Positions 12,361-25,167 of a stretch of 64,000 nucleotides of DNA are shown here, piece after piece. The notes beneath the pieces are model-generated. The model saw only the letters and a list, made by a program, of their open reading frames with translations. It was not told where the DNA came from and ran no database searches. A program made the translations under genes and the position numbers. The first letter of the stretch is position 1; each line of letters begins with the position of its first letter. The DNA comes from Octopus sinensis (Eukaryota): assembly GCF_006345805.1 (NCBI RefSeq), contig NC_043006.1:52080001-52144000 (forward strand), given 5' to 3'.

Positions 12361-13665
12361 TTTTGTATGTAGGATCTTCCATACTTTTTAATCTTTTTAT
12401 AAAAGAGAAAGGATTTTGTCTATTTATTTACTTCGACTGTCTACCTGCGAGGTGACCCAGTCAGAAAACAGGAATTGGGGGCTGTCATTTTGTTTTCATG
12501 TAAATAAATGTTTATGTTAATTTAAAAAACTTATTTAGCTGTTAGTTTTAGCAAAACACGTGTTATGTATCCGGTAATTTTCTTCGTGTAAATAAATCTT
12601 TATGTTAATTTAAAAGATTTTCCAAATTCGTAGTATGGACATAGTTTTTTTTTTGTATGTAGGGTCTTTCATACTTTTTTAATTCTGTATCGTCGTATAT
12701 ATTGGCATTAGAGAATATATTTGACTGTGATTAAATTGACTAGGAACACTGTACGCGATGGATATCCAATACCAAACAATCTTAATCTCCATATTTAAGC
12801 TGCATTAAACTTTGGCAAGCTTACCTTTACCCATTCTAAGTTACTTGAAAGGTGATCTTCCATTTCCTTTCTTCTATTTGTTAATACCTTTGTTTACCTG
12901 CCAGTGCGTTGTTTCACATTAAGAATGCTTATTTACCCATCCATTATGATATTTCGACTGTTGTCCATTGTTGAATACATATTAGCATTGAGGTTCTACC
13001 CTTTTTAAAACAATCACGATTGATTCGTCCCAAAAAATCAATAAGAGTTTTGCTACCACAAGCTCCTACCTTTAAGGGTATCGCGAAAGACATGGTTGGA
13101 GGCCCAACCGTTCGAGCTCCTTTATAAGGCTTAGCAAAACTTAAGGGGATCCTGGCCTTAAGGCTGTCGCAAAAGACCTGGTTGAAGGCACAACCATTCG
13201 AGTTCTTTTACAGGGCTTCGAAAAACAGAACGACTGTTGCAATAAGTGTGTAAATCTGAGAGGGGAATATGTTGGAAAAAATCATAATTAACTGATCCTT
13301 CTGTATTTTCTTTTACCCAAAGCCAGGAACTTTTCAGCATCTGCTCGCATATATATATATATATATATACACAAAATATTATGACCAGATGACTATGGGT
13401 CTCATATTATATAATCGTTATGTAGTATCATTACTCTCTTCTATATTTTCAAACGTATGTAACATTATTGAAACAGCTGTAAACCATGGAATAAATATGA
13501 TACCAAACAATTCCGTCTTTCTCTTATATATGTGTGTGTGTGTTTATGTGTGTATGGGTGTGAGCGTATTTGCGTGTGTGTATATGTATGTGTGTATATG
13601 TGTGTGTATGTATATATATATACATACATACACCTCACATATATATACATACATACATACATACA

Positions 13666-13757
<92 letters not shown>

Positions 13758-13779
13758 ATATCGCTAGCCACTACACATT

Positions 13780-13945
13780 TTTAAAATTTTCTCTCCTTGT
13801 TTCTTTCTGTGTTCCTTTCTGTGGAAGAGCGTAGGCTCGAAACGTGAAAGACTTTTCACTTCCCGAGCGTTATACTAATACATCTCTTTGTTGTCTACAC
13901 CACCTGTCTTCGATTTTTTTGTTTTTTTTGTGAATTCTCCCTATA
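13780..13945 (+). mobile_element. Short Penelope-type terminal repeat element with a variant hammerhead motif (13815-13850)
   Basis: CTTT CTGTGGA A GAGC gtag GCTC GAAA C GTG AAAG; second copy on the minus strand at 33575-33725; flanked by (TA)n. Confidence 0.6.
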
Positions 13946-13953
13946 TATATATA

Positions 13954-14007
<54 letters not shown>

Positions 14008-14033
14008 TAGATAGATAGATAGATATACATACA

Positions 14034-14068
<35 letters not shown>

Positions 14069-15097
14069 GTTATTTAACAGTCACACTCCAGCTCTCACAT
14101 CAATAGTCTAGGAATATCCATGGCATTAAGTTTGTGTACATCTCGATTTTGTTTAGATTTCTCCTTTGAGGTGTTTTAAGATAGCAATTCGCGTAGGTCA
14201 TGTTCTCATTGCTTTTCAGTTAGTTTTGGATATGGGACATATTTATGACTTTCTTCGAGTGACATTCGAGAGACATGCTCCTTGCAACGTTGGAGGTTTT
14301 TTTTTTTTCCGACAGGTAGAATTTCGTATTTGACAATCATGCTCGAGCTTTCAGATTAATGCTATAATCGCTATGTTTTTTGTGTGTTGTCATAGAGCTG
14401 ACACCCTCCGTCTTTTAAATGTATCTCCGCCTTTTAAATGTTTATCTTGGGATCAATTTATTTCCTATGCAATGCAGAGCCCATTCGCAATCCTCTGTAT
14501 GAGAGATGGTGTGTGAGTCATTAATGCGCTATCTACTAACAGAATTTTACATATAAGGGAACTGAGTAGTTCTCGATTTTTGCCCTGATATGAGTAACGT
14601 TAGAGATGTCTACAGTTCTACATTTTGACTGGCTTATATGTGATCTGCGTCGTCAAAATCGTGGAAGATCTTTACCAGCCTTCCAGCGAGAAAGATGATG
14701 AATAGTATAAGTGATAATACAACCCTATTTAACATCGCATGTTGCAGTAAATGCGTCATATATGCCTCCTGCATATTGAGCCTTGTAATATATCCAGTGT
14801 ACAGTGTACGATTTTGAATTTCTCAAGTCAGCCATGTTTGTCAATAGTTGTTATCGGTTGGATCTACACATATTAATGTCAACAAATTCGGCAGACCTGT
14901 TTGTTTTTATGCATATCTGCTGGAAGGGTCGTGGGGAGAAGACGATGTCACTTGTGTTACAGTTTAGAAAGGAACCACGCTGTCATTGGTATTAGTTTTT
15001 ATGTTATATATAAGTAATGAGCGAGTTGAAAAGGATCCTAGAGAATACTTTGCGTGCTATTGAAACCTGTTGTAAAGTGCTAAAATACGCGCGCATG

Positions 15098-15160
<63 letters not shown>

Positions 15161-15495
15161 TTATATATATACACACACAGATATATGCACACACACATAC
15201 ATATATATATATATAAAGCAGAGCAATAATATGTAAGCAATTCTATTATCCTATGCAAACCAACGTACTGTCATGTATAATTATATAGAGATTGTTTTCA
15301 TCATTACTTTTGTAAGTACCGTGAAGGTTATGTTTTGCTGATGAAGTCAAAATAATACGCAACTATGTTCAAGATTGTCTCCCCTGCTTGCTAATAAAAC
15401 TTAAAATAAAATTTATCATTGACTACTAACTCTTTTCTCCTCGCCGTATAATTCTTCTGGTTTGCTTTTTAAAATCCTTCTTGCATTAATTGTTT

Positions 15496-15862
15496 CTTCA
15501 GGACAATACACCAGCAAACAAGTTCTTGGTTTCCATGGCTACCGTACATGATCGTGTCTTTGAATTGATCAACCCTCCTCCCTATTCCCCTGATTTGACC
15601 TCATCTGACTGATTACCATCTGTTCCTCAACATGAAATAACACTGATAATAAGTATTGCACTGATGATAACGTCATATCTACTGTTGATGAATTTTTTGA
15701 CCAACAGGATGAATGATTCGTCACCAATGGGATTCAAGCAATACAGCACCGATGGAAGAAGTATGTGGATCACAATAGGGTCTATGTTGAAAAACAAACA
15801 CCGTTTAGTCACATTCAGTGAGAGTATCTTTGTCAGCCTATGAACTTTTCAGTCGATCCTCG
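15496..15862 (+). mobile_element. Mariner transposon, degraded 3' part
   Basis: Translates to PPPYSPDLTSSD-like motif; ends in CCTATGAACTTTTCAGTCGATCCTCG-TA, an inverted match to the 5' TIR of the copy at 48188. Confidence 0.85.
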
Positions 15863-15944
15863 TATGTGAACACTAACTTGATAATATTTTTATATTTTAA
15901 CCCTACTCCTAGTTGGATCTTGAGTGTTTTTTAGACAGAGAACA

Positions 15945-16270
15945 TCATCATCATTGTTCGACCGTGGTCGAGACAATGGAATTTACCATGCTACGCCAGA
16001 CTTCGCGGTCCATCGTGGCATTATGGAGGTCCTGTTGCTGGATGCCTGTATCCCTGGAGATTACATCAGGGTAGAAGAGTGTGCGCCCTCTGGCATTGCG
16101 AGTAGATGGCTTCCAGAGGAGGAGAGTAGAAATTACACCCTGTTGTTGGTATTCTGATCATGTCTACTGGTTTGGGGACAACTTCTTTCCGCCACTCCCA
16201 GAGGTCCTGAGAGCAGTCATGGGCCTTGCCTTTCCTCTCCTGACTAAGCTTTTAAAAGATGTCTTAACTC
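15945..16270 (-). mobile_element. RTE-clade LINE, 3' end
   Basis: Minus strand translates to ...PDVISRDTGIQQQDLHNATMDREVWRSMVNSIVSTTVEQ** followed by a (TGA)n tail; typical RTE C-terminus. Confidence 0.7.
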
Positions 16271-16559
16271 TTGATGATTAACTCAAATACTATAAAATAT
16301 AAAATAATTATCCAATGGGCTAGGCTATTATTTATGAGAATAAATAACTATGATAAAGTAATGAAACTGAATATGTGGTCAATTCAGAGGCTGCTTCTGG
16401 TCCTTTCTTCCAGTAGTTGGTTGGTAAAAAAAAAAAATAATAATTCAGTGACTGATTTAGTAGTTTATCTAGTGGTAATTTAGTATTTGCTTTGATAGTT
16501 GTATTTAGAGATAGTACGCGAGAAGCAATATTTACAATATATATCGAGAAAACGAAACA

Positions 16560-16925
16560 ATAAATTAAGCTGTTGTTGTTGCTGTCGTTTTTGTTGTTCT
16601 TATTTGATTTACGCAAAACAGATTAGACTGTTGGGAAAAATTCCTAACATCGGGCTACAATAGATAACCTTGGCGGCCAAGAACCTTCCGAACTACCCTA
16701 GTTGTCTCTAATAATAGTGTTTTCGGGAGCAGCACCAAACTAGGTTTCATGCCTGTTTCCTCTAGCCATCTGTTCAAATCATTAGGAATAGTTCCTAATG
16801 CACCTACAACTACAGGGATACATTTTACCTGTACTATCCGCAGCCCCAGTAACTCAAAGGCTAGGTTCTGGTGCTTTGTTATTTTCTCTATACCTCTCAG
16901 ATTGACTTTCTCATCATTTGGGACT
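16560..16925 (-). mobile_element. R4/Dong-type (REL endonuclease) LINE, 3' end
   Basis: Minus strand translates to VTDFVVPNDEKVNLRGIEKITKHQNL...IPVVVGALGTIPNDL...LPKTLLLETTRVVRKVLG, the C-terminal restriction-like endonuclease signature. Confidence 0.75.
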
Positions 16926-16991
16926 ACAAAGTCAGTTACCTAGCACTCTCTGTTCTCTTTCGCTACTACTACCACTAAACCAGGCCTTCTA

Positions 16992-17023
<32 letters not shown>

Positions 17024-17035
17024 ACATCATCATCA

Positions 17036-17248
17036 CGTGGGGAGCTGGCAGAGTCGTTAGCAAGCCAGACAATATGCTTAGCAGCATTTCGTCCGTCATT
17101 ACGTTCTAAGTTCAAGTTTCGCCGAAGTCAATTTTGCCTTTCATCATCTCGGGGTCGATAAAGTAAGTACAAGTTCTGCAGTGTGGCCGATGTAATCGAC
17201 TTACCTACTTCCCTAAAATTGCTGGCCTTGTGCCAAAATTTGAAACCA
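17036..17248 (+). mobile_element. SINE family B
   Basis: GGAGCTGGCAGAGTCGTTAGC head, family core, tail CTGGCCTTGTGCCAAAATTTGAAACCA. Confidence 0.8.
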
Positions 17249-17346
17249 CCACCTTTTAATGCGTTAGGCAGAAAGGGAGAGGCTCACCATTACTGGTGTC
17301 TCGTTCCATGACACTTGTTAGATCTAAATAATCTTTAAAGTATTAT

Positions 17347-17539
17347 TGGTTTCAAATTTTGGCACCAGGCCAGCAATTTCGGGGCGGGGGTAAGTCAGTT
17401 ACATCGATTCCAGTACTCCCGAGAGGATAAAAGGTAAAGTCGACCTCAGCGGAATTTGAACTCAGAACGTAAAGACGGACGAAATGCTGCCGCTCAGCAG
17501 TTTACCCGGCGTGCTAACAATTCTGCCACTTCGCCGCCT
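17347..17539 (-). mobile_element. SINE family B, tail-to-tail with the previous copy
   Basis: Reverse complement of the head and tail TGGTTTCAAATTTTGGCACCAGGCCAGC; internal deletion in the core. Confidence 0.8.
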
Positions 17540-17769
17540 TAATCTATATAAATATTATTAAAAAGCAAATTATGTTGAACATCCTAATACTGAATCTAGT
17601 ACATATTAATATGGTAAACAATATATATTGAAATTCATAGTCAAATATATTAGATTTCTAACTTTCTAACCAGAATGACAAACAAAAGTGAAGATCGAAT
17701 CAAATTTAAACTCTAAGCGAAGAACGTAACTAAATACAAATTCTTGGTTTATCAATAATAATTAAGCGA

Positions 17770-18170
17770 AACACAGAGACTCAAAACAGAAAGTACAGTG
17801 ACTCAAAAGAAGAGACAGCGACTCCATACATGGAAAACAATGACTGTAGTGGAATGGATAGACACTTTTGATAAAGCACGGTTTCCATTATAGAGGAGAC
17901 ACAAAGATTCTGTCGATATAACACAGCGACCCTATGAGGAAAACACAGTGAGTCTATAATAACAAAGTCACGTTGTAGAAGAAACAATGACTCTACAGAA
18001 AAGAAAAAAAACAGTGATACTACAGATAAAACAGTGGACCTTTAGGTAAAAGATGGTAACTCAATAAAAAAAAGCAGTGTTTCAATGGACAAAACACAGC
18101 GCATCCTATAGAGGAAATGCAATGATTCTATAGATTTCATATAGTAACCTTATGAATAAAACACTGTAGT
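17770..18170. repeat. Degenerate minisatellite, unit about 21 bp (AAACACAGTGACTCTATAGAG-like)
   Basis: Recurrent ACAG(T/C)GAC(T/C)CTA variants; similar units resume at ~18960-19110 after the SINE insertion. Confidence 0.5.
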
Positions 18171-18199
18171 CCAATCGATATAACATAGAGGTCCTATAA

Positions 18200-18945
18200 A
18201 CACGTATGATAGTGTAGTTAAGAAGCTCGCTTTGTAACCACGTGATTTCGGGTTCAGTTCCATTGCATGGCAAGTGTCTTCTACTATAACCTCAGACCGA
18301 ACAATACTTTGTGAGTGTATTTGGTTGACAGAAACTGAAAGAAGACGGCTAGCTGGCAGAAACGTTAGCACGCCGGGCAAAGTGCTTAGTGGTATTTTGT
18401 CTGCCGTTACGCTCTGAGTTCAAATTCCGCCGAGGTCGACTTTGCCTTTCATCTTTTCGGGGTCGATAAATTAAGTACCAGTTACGCACTGGGGTCGATA
18501 TAATCGACTTAATCCATTTGTCTGTCCTTGTTTGTCCCCTCTGTGTGTAGCCCCTTGTGGGCAGTAAAGAAATTAGAAACTGAAAGAAGACCGTCGTATG
18601 CATATGTATGAATAAGTATGTATGTATGTATGTATGTATGTATGTATGTATGTATGTATGTATGTATGTATGTATGTATGTATGAGTTTATGTGTATGTT
18701 GTGTGTGTGTGTGTGTGCGTGTGTGTGTGTTTGTGTAGTTGTATGTCTTCGTACCACCCCACATTGCTTGATAACTGGTACTGGTTTGTTTACGTCTTCT
18801 TGACTTAGCGGTTCAGACAAGAGACCTATAGAATAAATATCTGGCTTTAAAAAATGAGTACTTAGTTCGAACTGTTTGACTAAAACCCTTCAAGGCGGTG
18901 CTTCAGCGTGGCCGCAGAACAATGACTGAAACAAGTAAAAGATAA
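18200..18945 (+). mobile_element. SINE family A interrupted by a family B insertion
   Basis: Family A 5' part up to GAAACTGAAAGAAGAC resumes after 18575 and ends in the family tail. Confidence 0.8.
18347..18574 (+). mobile_element. SINE family B nested in family A, 17-bp TSD
   Basis: TSD AGAAACTGAAAGAAGAC at 18330-18346 and 18575-18591. Confidence 0.9.
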
Positions 18946-20563
18946 AATTAAACGATACAACATAAAGCCCCCTATAAATAAAACATAATGATCTCATTGA
19001 TATTATATATCGATCTTATAGATAAAACACAGTAATCCTACAAGGTATAGCATTGTAGACAAATAGATAGAACATGATGACTAGTGATTCTATAGAGATT
19101 TCTAACACCCTATCGAAATAGTTACCTCTGAACCTATACCAGATAAATAAGGGTGGATTGGGAGGGTAAATATAAAATACCATTTAGTAACAGATTGATG
19201 CATGTTTGAATATGTCTTTGGAATTTGACACTATGTAAGTGCAGTGACATTAATTTAACTAGAATAGCTGCCCTGGTTTCCATGTGCTTTCTGTGACTGT
19301 TTGGTTATAGCGTAAAAGTTAAGAGGTCACCAGTTGTTTGAGAGGGAAACTCGAAGGAACGTCTGAACAATTTTCATTTTATGGGAAAATATCAGTCACC
19401 AGCAGATACCACTTACAGTGGAGATATAACTGATAATATTAGATACGAATCTTATTACAAACTAAAGATTTTATAATAGACAATATACGAAATTGTTTAC
19501 CAATTGACATAATATAACTACCAGGAAATAATCGACGCTTATGATTCCTGTTATTGAGGATAAACATAGTAATACATTGTTTTCTAATGACTGCCATCTC
19601 AATAGGTTTTATCAGAATAATGGAAAGTCTTCATAAGAAGACCGTCAGAAAATACTCATCTAATTCATTGTCGTGCCAATCGTTTTGCCATTGAATAATA
19701 TTTCCGGCATAGAAGTTAGTTTATATAAACAAGTCTATCACTGACGCAAAAGTTAGCAGATTAGTTGTTTGTATGTGACAAGGATCACGAACTGACACCT
19801 AATTATATTCTACTGTAAGCATCAACATGTGAAATTATTCCTTGAGCAAGAGACTTTTAAAATTTTGAATGGGAAATGGTTTGCTAGTATAGTTTCTAAG
19901 AAAAGGAAAAGTAGAGAGGCTGCGATATATGATATATTTCTTCAGTTAGTTGAAATCTGTTTTACATTTAATGAACACTACATGGTGGGGAGACCTATAA
20001 CTTGTTATGTTCATAATTGTAAGACTCGTGAAGTATTATAGCTGAAATGGGGTAAGTTATAGACTATAAAGATTATAGTTACAAGATCCATAACCCACTT
20101 TGCTCGAAGAGACACCGCTAACAACTTTTCAAGGGAAACTAAAACGTGTCAACGTTGTGTAAACCCATCCGTCCCAAAGCTAAACTAACCGAATCATTTA
20201 ACTGAATATTGTACAATAACAAAAACACTTCACAATTATGAAGTAACTAGAACGGTATTTAGTTGTATCTTTCACAGTACATGCATATAGCATGATGGAA
20301 TCGTTGTCACAGAGAGTTTGCCATATTAGGTCTGTGTAGCGCTAGTATATTCTTGCATCGCTACGCTGACATCCTAAGCCATCAGGTTCCCGTCACTCTA
20401 GGTATTAATATCATAAGGCCCAGAATGCAAACTCTGATTGAAAACCATGTTCAATGCACTCGAGATATAAAGGATCAAAGGACATTACAATACGAAACTT
20501 CAACTCTTCTCCCAGTAGATCGACACTTTAAAGATTAGGCCAGTTGTAACTACTTGCTTAGAT

Positions 20564-21154
20564 CAAGGGTTTTCAACCACTTTTCATCCATGGACCACTT
20601 TGATTACTATTTTATTCTGGTGGATCCCATAACCATTCGATGTTTAATAATTAGTTTTGTAGAAGCTTCTTTTAAAACTCCTATTTTGTTTTTCGCACAT
20701 TAACTTGTGTAGTTTAAAGTATGTAAAATGTTAAAGAAAGAAACCTAGCTGTTTCGTGCAATATATACCAATATATATAAAAAATAAAAAATAAATGCGC
20801 CCTTTTAAAGCCTAGCCAGGCTCACGGGCCCGGTTTCCCGGTTTCAATGGCGTATGTGTTCCCCAGCTGGACGGGATGCCAGTCCATCACAGCGTTTCTC
20901 ATTTTTGCCAGCTGAGTGAACTGGGGCAACGTGAAATGAAGTGTTTCGCTCAAGAACACAACGCATCGCTCGGTCCAGGAATCGAAACCACAATCTTACG
21001 ATCATGATGCTGACACCCTAACCACTAAACCACGCGCATCCTTTTCATGGGCCCTTAAAATACTATTGTGGATTCCCAATTTACTACTTTGTTGCGTGGG
21101 TCCTCAAAATTCTATATGAAGAGGGGCTATATGAACCCCGGTTGAGAAACACTG
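20564..21154. mobile_element. hAT-superfamily MITE with 8-bp TSD
   Basis: TIRs CAAGGGTTTTCAACC and GGTTGAGAAACACTG; TSD GCTTAGAT (20556-20563) / GTTTAGAT (21155-21162). Confidence 0.8.
20807..21038 (-). mobile_element. tRNA-derived SINE family D nested in the hAT MITE
   Basis: Minus strand has A box TGGTTTAGTGG, B box GTTTCGATTCC, TGTTCTTGAGCGAAACAC and a GATGGACTGGCATCCCGTCCAG domain. Confidence 0.75.
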
Positions 21155-22494
21155 GTTTAGATCAATAAAAGTTTTTCTTCATTATTTCTGGATATCAACA
21201 TGGACGGTCACTCTAATCCACCATTCCTAAGTATATGCCAGTGTCAAAAGTAACCGCACCAACACAACGTCTCTATATAGGAGTGTCAATTAACGCTACA
21301 TACCATTACTAATTTATATTGTTTAATAAAATGGGATGTGGAAGAGTGCTCTTATCTGTTTATTTTTGCTGTCGGCCTTCTCTATGACTTATTTTTATTT
21401 CATTAACACCATAGAAACCCATAATTATCATTAATAATGATTCATTTTATGAGTAATAATCATACCTCGTAATTTTAATTGCTGGAACAATATCGCTTTT
21501 GCTTTTTTCGAATTTATTCTCATTTAAATCCTGCTGTTTACAGAGAATATTTAGCTAACGGGATTTTGCTTTTAGAATGGTGTAAAGCAGAACTGCAAGA
21601 ACGTCGAACGAAGTGCCTTGCAGTAGTTAGCTATGTCCCTTTCAGTGGCAGCTCGTTTATAGACACTGCGGAAATGCAGCACCCCCTATTTTCACTCGAT
21701 ATTATCGATAACATTCAATATAATGAATTTTTTTTCTTTAATTCTTTCTTTATACTTGTTAGCCGTAGTTTATGAAAAAATACAAAAATCCTTGTATAGA
21801 GCTGTGCGTTTCACAGTTCCAGAGACGCGGTTTTTGACTGTTGTGCGCACGCTCACATGCCCCAGATAGGAGGCTTCAAGCTAGGGAGAGAGAGCACTGT
21901 CGTTCACGCAGTGCCGGTGAAAAGTAATATTTCTTTTTGACTCCACGTGTGTTGTGCTTAAAAACGTGTTTATATTCTTGAATGTGATAAAGTGTAGAAT
22001 TAGATTATTATTCTGCTTCCAGCTTCAGTGTTGCTGCCAGAATTTGGAAAATAGGGCAGATCCCTCATCTTATTTTGTGATTTAGGGGGCGATTTTTGAA
22101 AAACAAGAGGGAATTCGCGGTGGTATTCAGTGAAAAAATTAAACACACTCCACGACAGTGTCTAAAACGAGAACTGATCAAGTGTGTGAGCGTGTATTTG
22201 TGTGTGTATGCACCTCTGTCTCATTGTGTGTGCATGCTTCTGTGTGTGTGTGTGTGTGTGCGTATAGTCATGTGCTTCAGTCTCCATTTGCGCATGTGTG
22301 CTTGTCTGTTCATATAACCTATGTACCTATCCGTCTGTATGTTGATCTGTTTATTTTCATATCCATATGCTTACATACATGTGCATATACACATATACAC
22401 CTCCCCACACATACACATACATACATCTATCTACATAACAGCCCACTATTCCACTCTACCATTGTAAACTGTGGGTATGGGGGTGTGATATCTA

Positions 22495-23705
22495 CTATGT
22501 ATATTTCCTATTTAGTATTGGGAAAGCTTCATTTATAAGGATGTACTCCCGTATTTGTCGAGTGTTGGATCTTTTGGGTGCTTGGATAAGAGCAGATGTC
22601 AAGTTGACTCAAGTTGCCTCCATGGTGATCTTTGCCATATTGGTAGAGTATGGAGGACTGTTTTTTGTCGTCATATTGTCTCAGATGTTCATTTAGTCGT
22701 TCCGCAATGCTCCTAGATGTCTCCCCTGTGTACGTCATGTTCATGTCTTTACAAGCACCTTCTATGCATCTCATGCTGTAAACTACATTTCGAGTTCTAT
22801 AGTTAATGCCAGGGCTAATCCTGCATACCATACAGTTATCATCGGTACATATGGTATTTTCAAAGGGGTACGTCCTACATAGTTGTGATCTGACGGAGTT
22901 CTCTGGCTTTTCAACAATCTTAATGTTGAATTTGGTCTCCTTCAGAGCTTTTCTAAATCTACGGGCTAGTTCACCATGGGCTGTGGCCTCTACAAACATC
23001 ACTCCTTGATATTTGTCGGTTTTATACCACGTGTTTGCCCTATTTGCTTTGTCACAAGTTCTTTGTATCCTATTCCATTCTTTGTTTCTATATCTAAGAC
23101 AGGTACCACTGGTATCATTACGTATAATGTTGTCTAATTTCTTTCTAGCTCCCTTGTATACTCGAACCCTATCTTTCTGATCGTATCCAGAGAACTGCAT
23201 GCGGTGCATGAAGTTCTGTATATCTTCGTTCGTTTCATAGGGTTCGCATAGTGGGGACACATCGCTCATTATTCTAACTAACTCTGCGATCAGTATGTTA
23301 ATTTTCATGTGTGACAAAGCTGAGTTCTTGTGAACAACATATTTTGAAGTTATGGGTTTCATGTAATAGGAGTGGAGGAGCTGCACTCTATTGTTCACAG
23401 TCTCTAACCAAAGTTCAGTATCAAGTACAGGGAGCCTATTGTTCGAGTGCTTAGTGGGGTAATCTATAGTTACCGTGATACTTTGGTGGATGGAGTTAGC
23501 TATTTGCTGGATGCTCTCCATTACGTTCTTCTTAGTTTCGATATTACCGTCACTAGAGTTGGTCCTAACTATGATATTAATGTCATCTACATATCTACTG
23601 TAGAGTAGAAGAGTTGTGGACTGTTCTGCTAACATTCGTTTAAGTTTTCTGTCCCACCAGGTCATGAAGAGGCCGGCCACATCTCCAGCTACACCGACAC
23701 CGAAA
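22495..23705 (-). pseudogene. Penelope-like element: RT C-terminal half plus GIY-YIG endonuclease, 5'-truncated and frameshifted at the C-terminus
   Basis: ORF 22529-23680 has RYVDD, LPVLDTELW and VYSMRC...YTGETSRSIAERLNEH; alternative frames continue KHPKDPTL / RQIREYILINEAFPILNRK to a stop at 22495. Confidence 0.9.
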
Positions 23706-23918
23706 CTATTGAAAAGGTTGCAATTTTAGGAAAATAAAAATAAGGAATAAGTGGAAATTTTACCGGTGAGTGTGTTAAATTATAAGGCACAAAAAGAAAA
23801 TGACTCTCCCCAGACACAACAGATTATTATTATTATTATTATTGTTGTTATATATGTTACCTAGCGTTTTAGTAATTTATCATAATAATGATTTTTCAAC
23901 TTTTGCCGTTATTGCTGC

Positions 23919-23958
<40 letters not shown>

Positions 23959-24766
23959 ATTGTTGTTGTTGTTGTTGTTGTTGTTGATGTTATTGTTTAA
24001 TATTAAGTCTGCCCTAATACAAGGTATTCCAACCATGACCATACCATCTCATTTTCAGGTTTAGAGTATCTAAAACTACATTTTCTAGTCTTTCCTCCCT
24101 TATTTTGGCGGTGGGGGATGGACTCAGTTACTATTTCGAGAAAATCGAGCAACCACTTAGAGGCTGTGTCATTGACTTCCCCTCCATGTTAGATCAAATA
24201 AATACTAACCATGGTACAGGGATCGATGTAACAATCTTTAGTCCAGCTCCACAAATACATTGCAGATCAAATATATAGTAACCAAGTATAGTGATCGATG
24301 CAACCATCAATATTCCCCCTCTACAAACGCATGGCTTTTGTGTTAATGTCAGGAATCAATAATAGACGTAATGCTATAGTAGAACCAGCAGAAAACCGAA
24401 CTGAATAATTTGTGGTGTTTAGTTAACTTCTTTGTGGTTTTTACATGGTCTTTTATCCCGTTCAGTATAGGTAAAAATGAATGCCGCTTACGTAACTGGA
24501 CCGATGTAATTGACGAAACACGTGACTACATACAACTGCTTTGCCAATGGAAGAGTACAGTTGCTAACGGAAACTGTACAGTTGCTGATGGAAATTATAC
24601 AGCTGCTAATAAAACAGAACAGTTGTCTGCACCTTTGACAGTGGAAAACTTCGTCCCGCTACACCAGTAGTTGCCAACGTTTCTGCAACCCCAACTCCTT
24701 TTCCCCCTAGACATATCTATGTTTAAAGTACCCAATACCTTTATTGGACATTATTTGCCAATAGTG

Positions 24767-25167
24767 AAGGCGGCGAGCTGGTAGAATCGTTAGTACGCCG
24801 GGCAAAATGCTTTAGCGGTATTTCGTCTGCCGCTACGTTCTGAGTTCAAATTCCGCCGAGATCGACTTTGCCTTTCATCCTTTCGGGTTCGATTAAATAA
24901 GTACCAGTTATGCACTGGGGTCTATGTAATCGACTTAATCCGTTTGTCTGTTCTTGTTTGTCCCATCTGTGTTTAGCCCTTTATGGGTAGTAAAGAAATA
25001 GGCATTTCGTCTGCCGCTACGTTCTGAGTTCAAATTCTGCCGAGGTCAACTTTGCCTTTCATCCTTTCGGTATCAATAAATTAAGTACCAGTTGTGTAGT
25101 AGGGTCGATATAATCGACTGGTCCCTTCCCCACCAAATTTCAGGACTTATGCCTATAATAGAAAGGA
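24767..25167 (+). mobile_element. SINE family B dimer inserted as one unit, 16-bp TSD
   Basis: TSD TTATTTGCCAATAGTG at 24751-24766 and 25168-25183; the second unit restarts at GGCATTTCGTCTGCCG and ends in a different tail. Confidence 0.9.

Noticed and set aside
12823-12885. Strong donor AAG|GTAAGC with a 63-nt open segment (VLTNRRKEMEDHLSSNLEWVK) as PDZ exon 2
   Set aside because: No polypyrimidine acceptor and no similarity to the second half of a PDZ domain.
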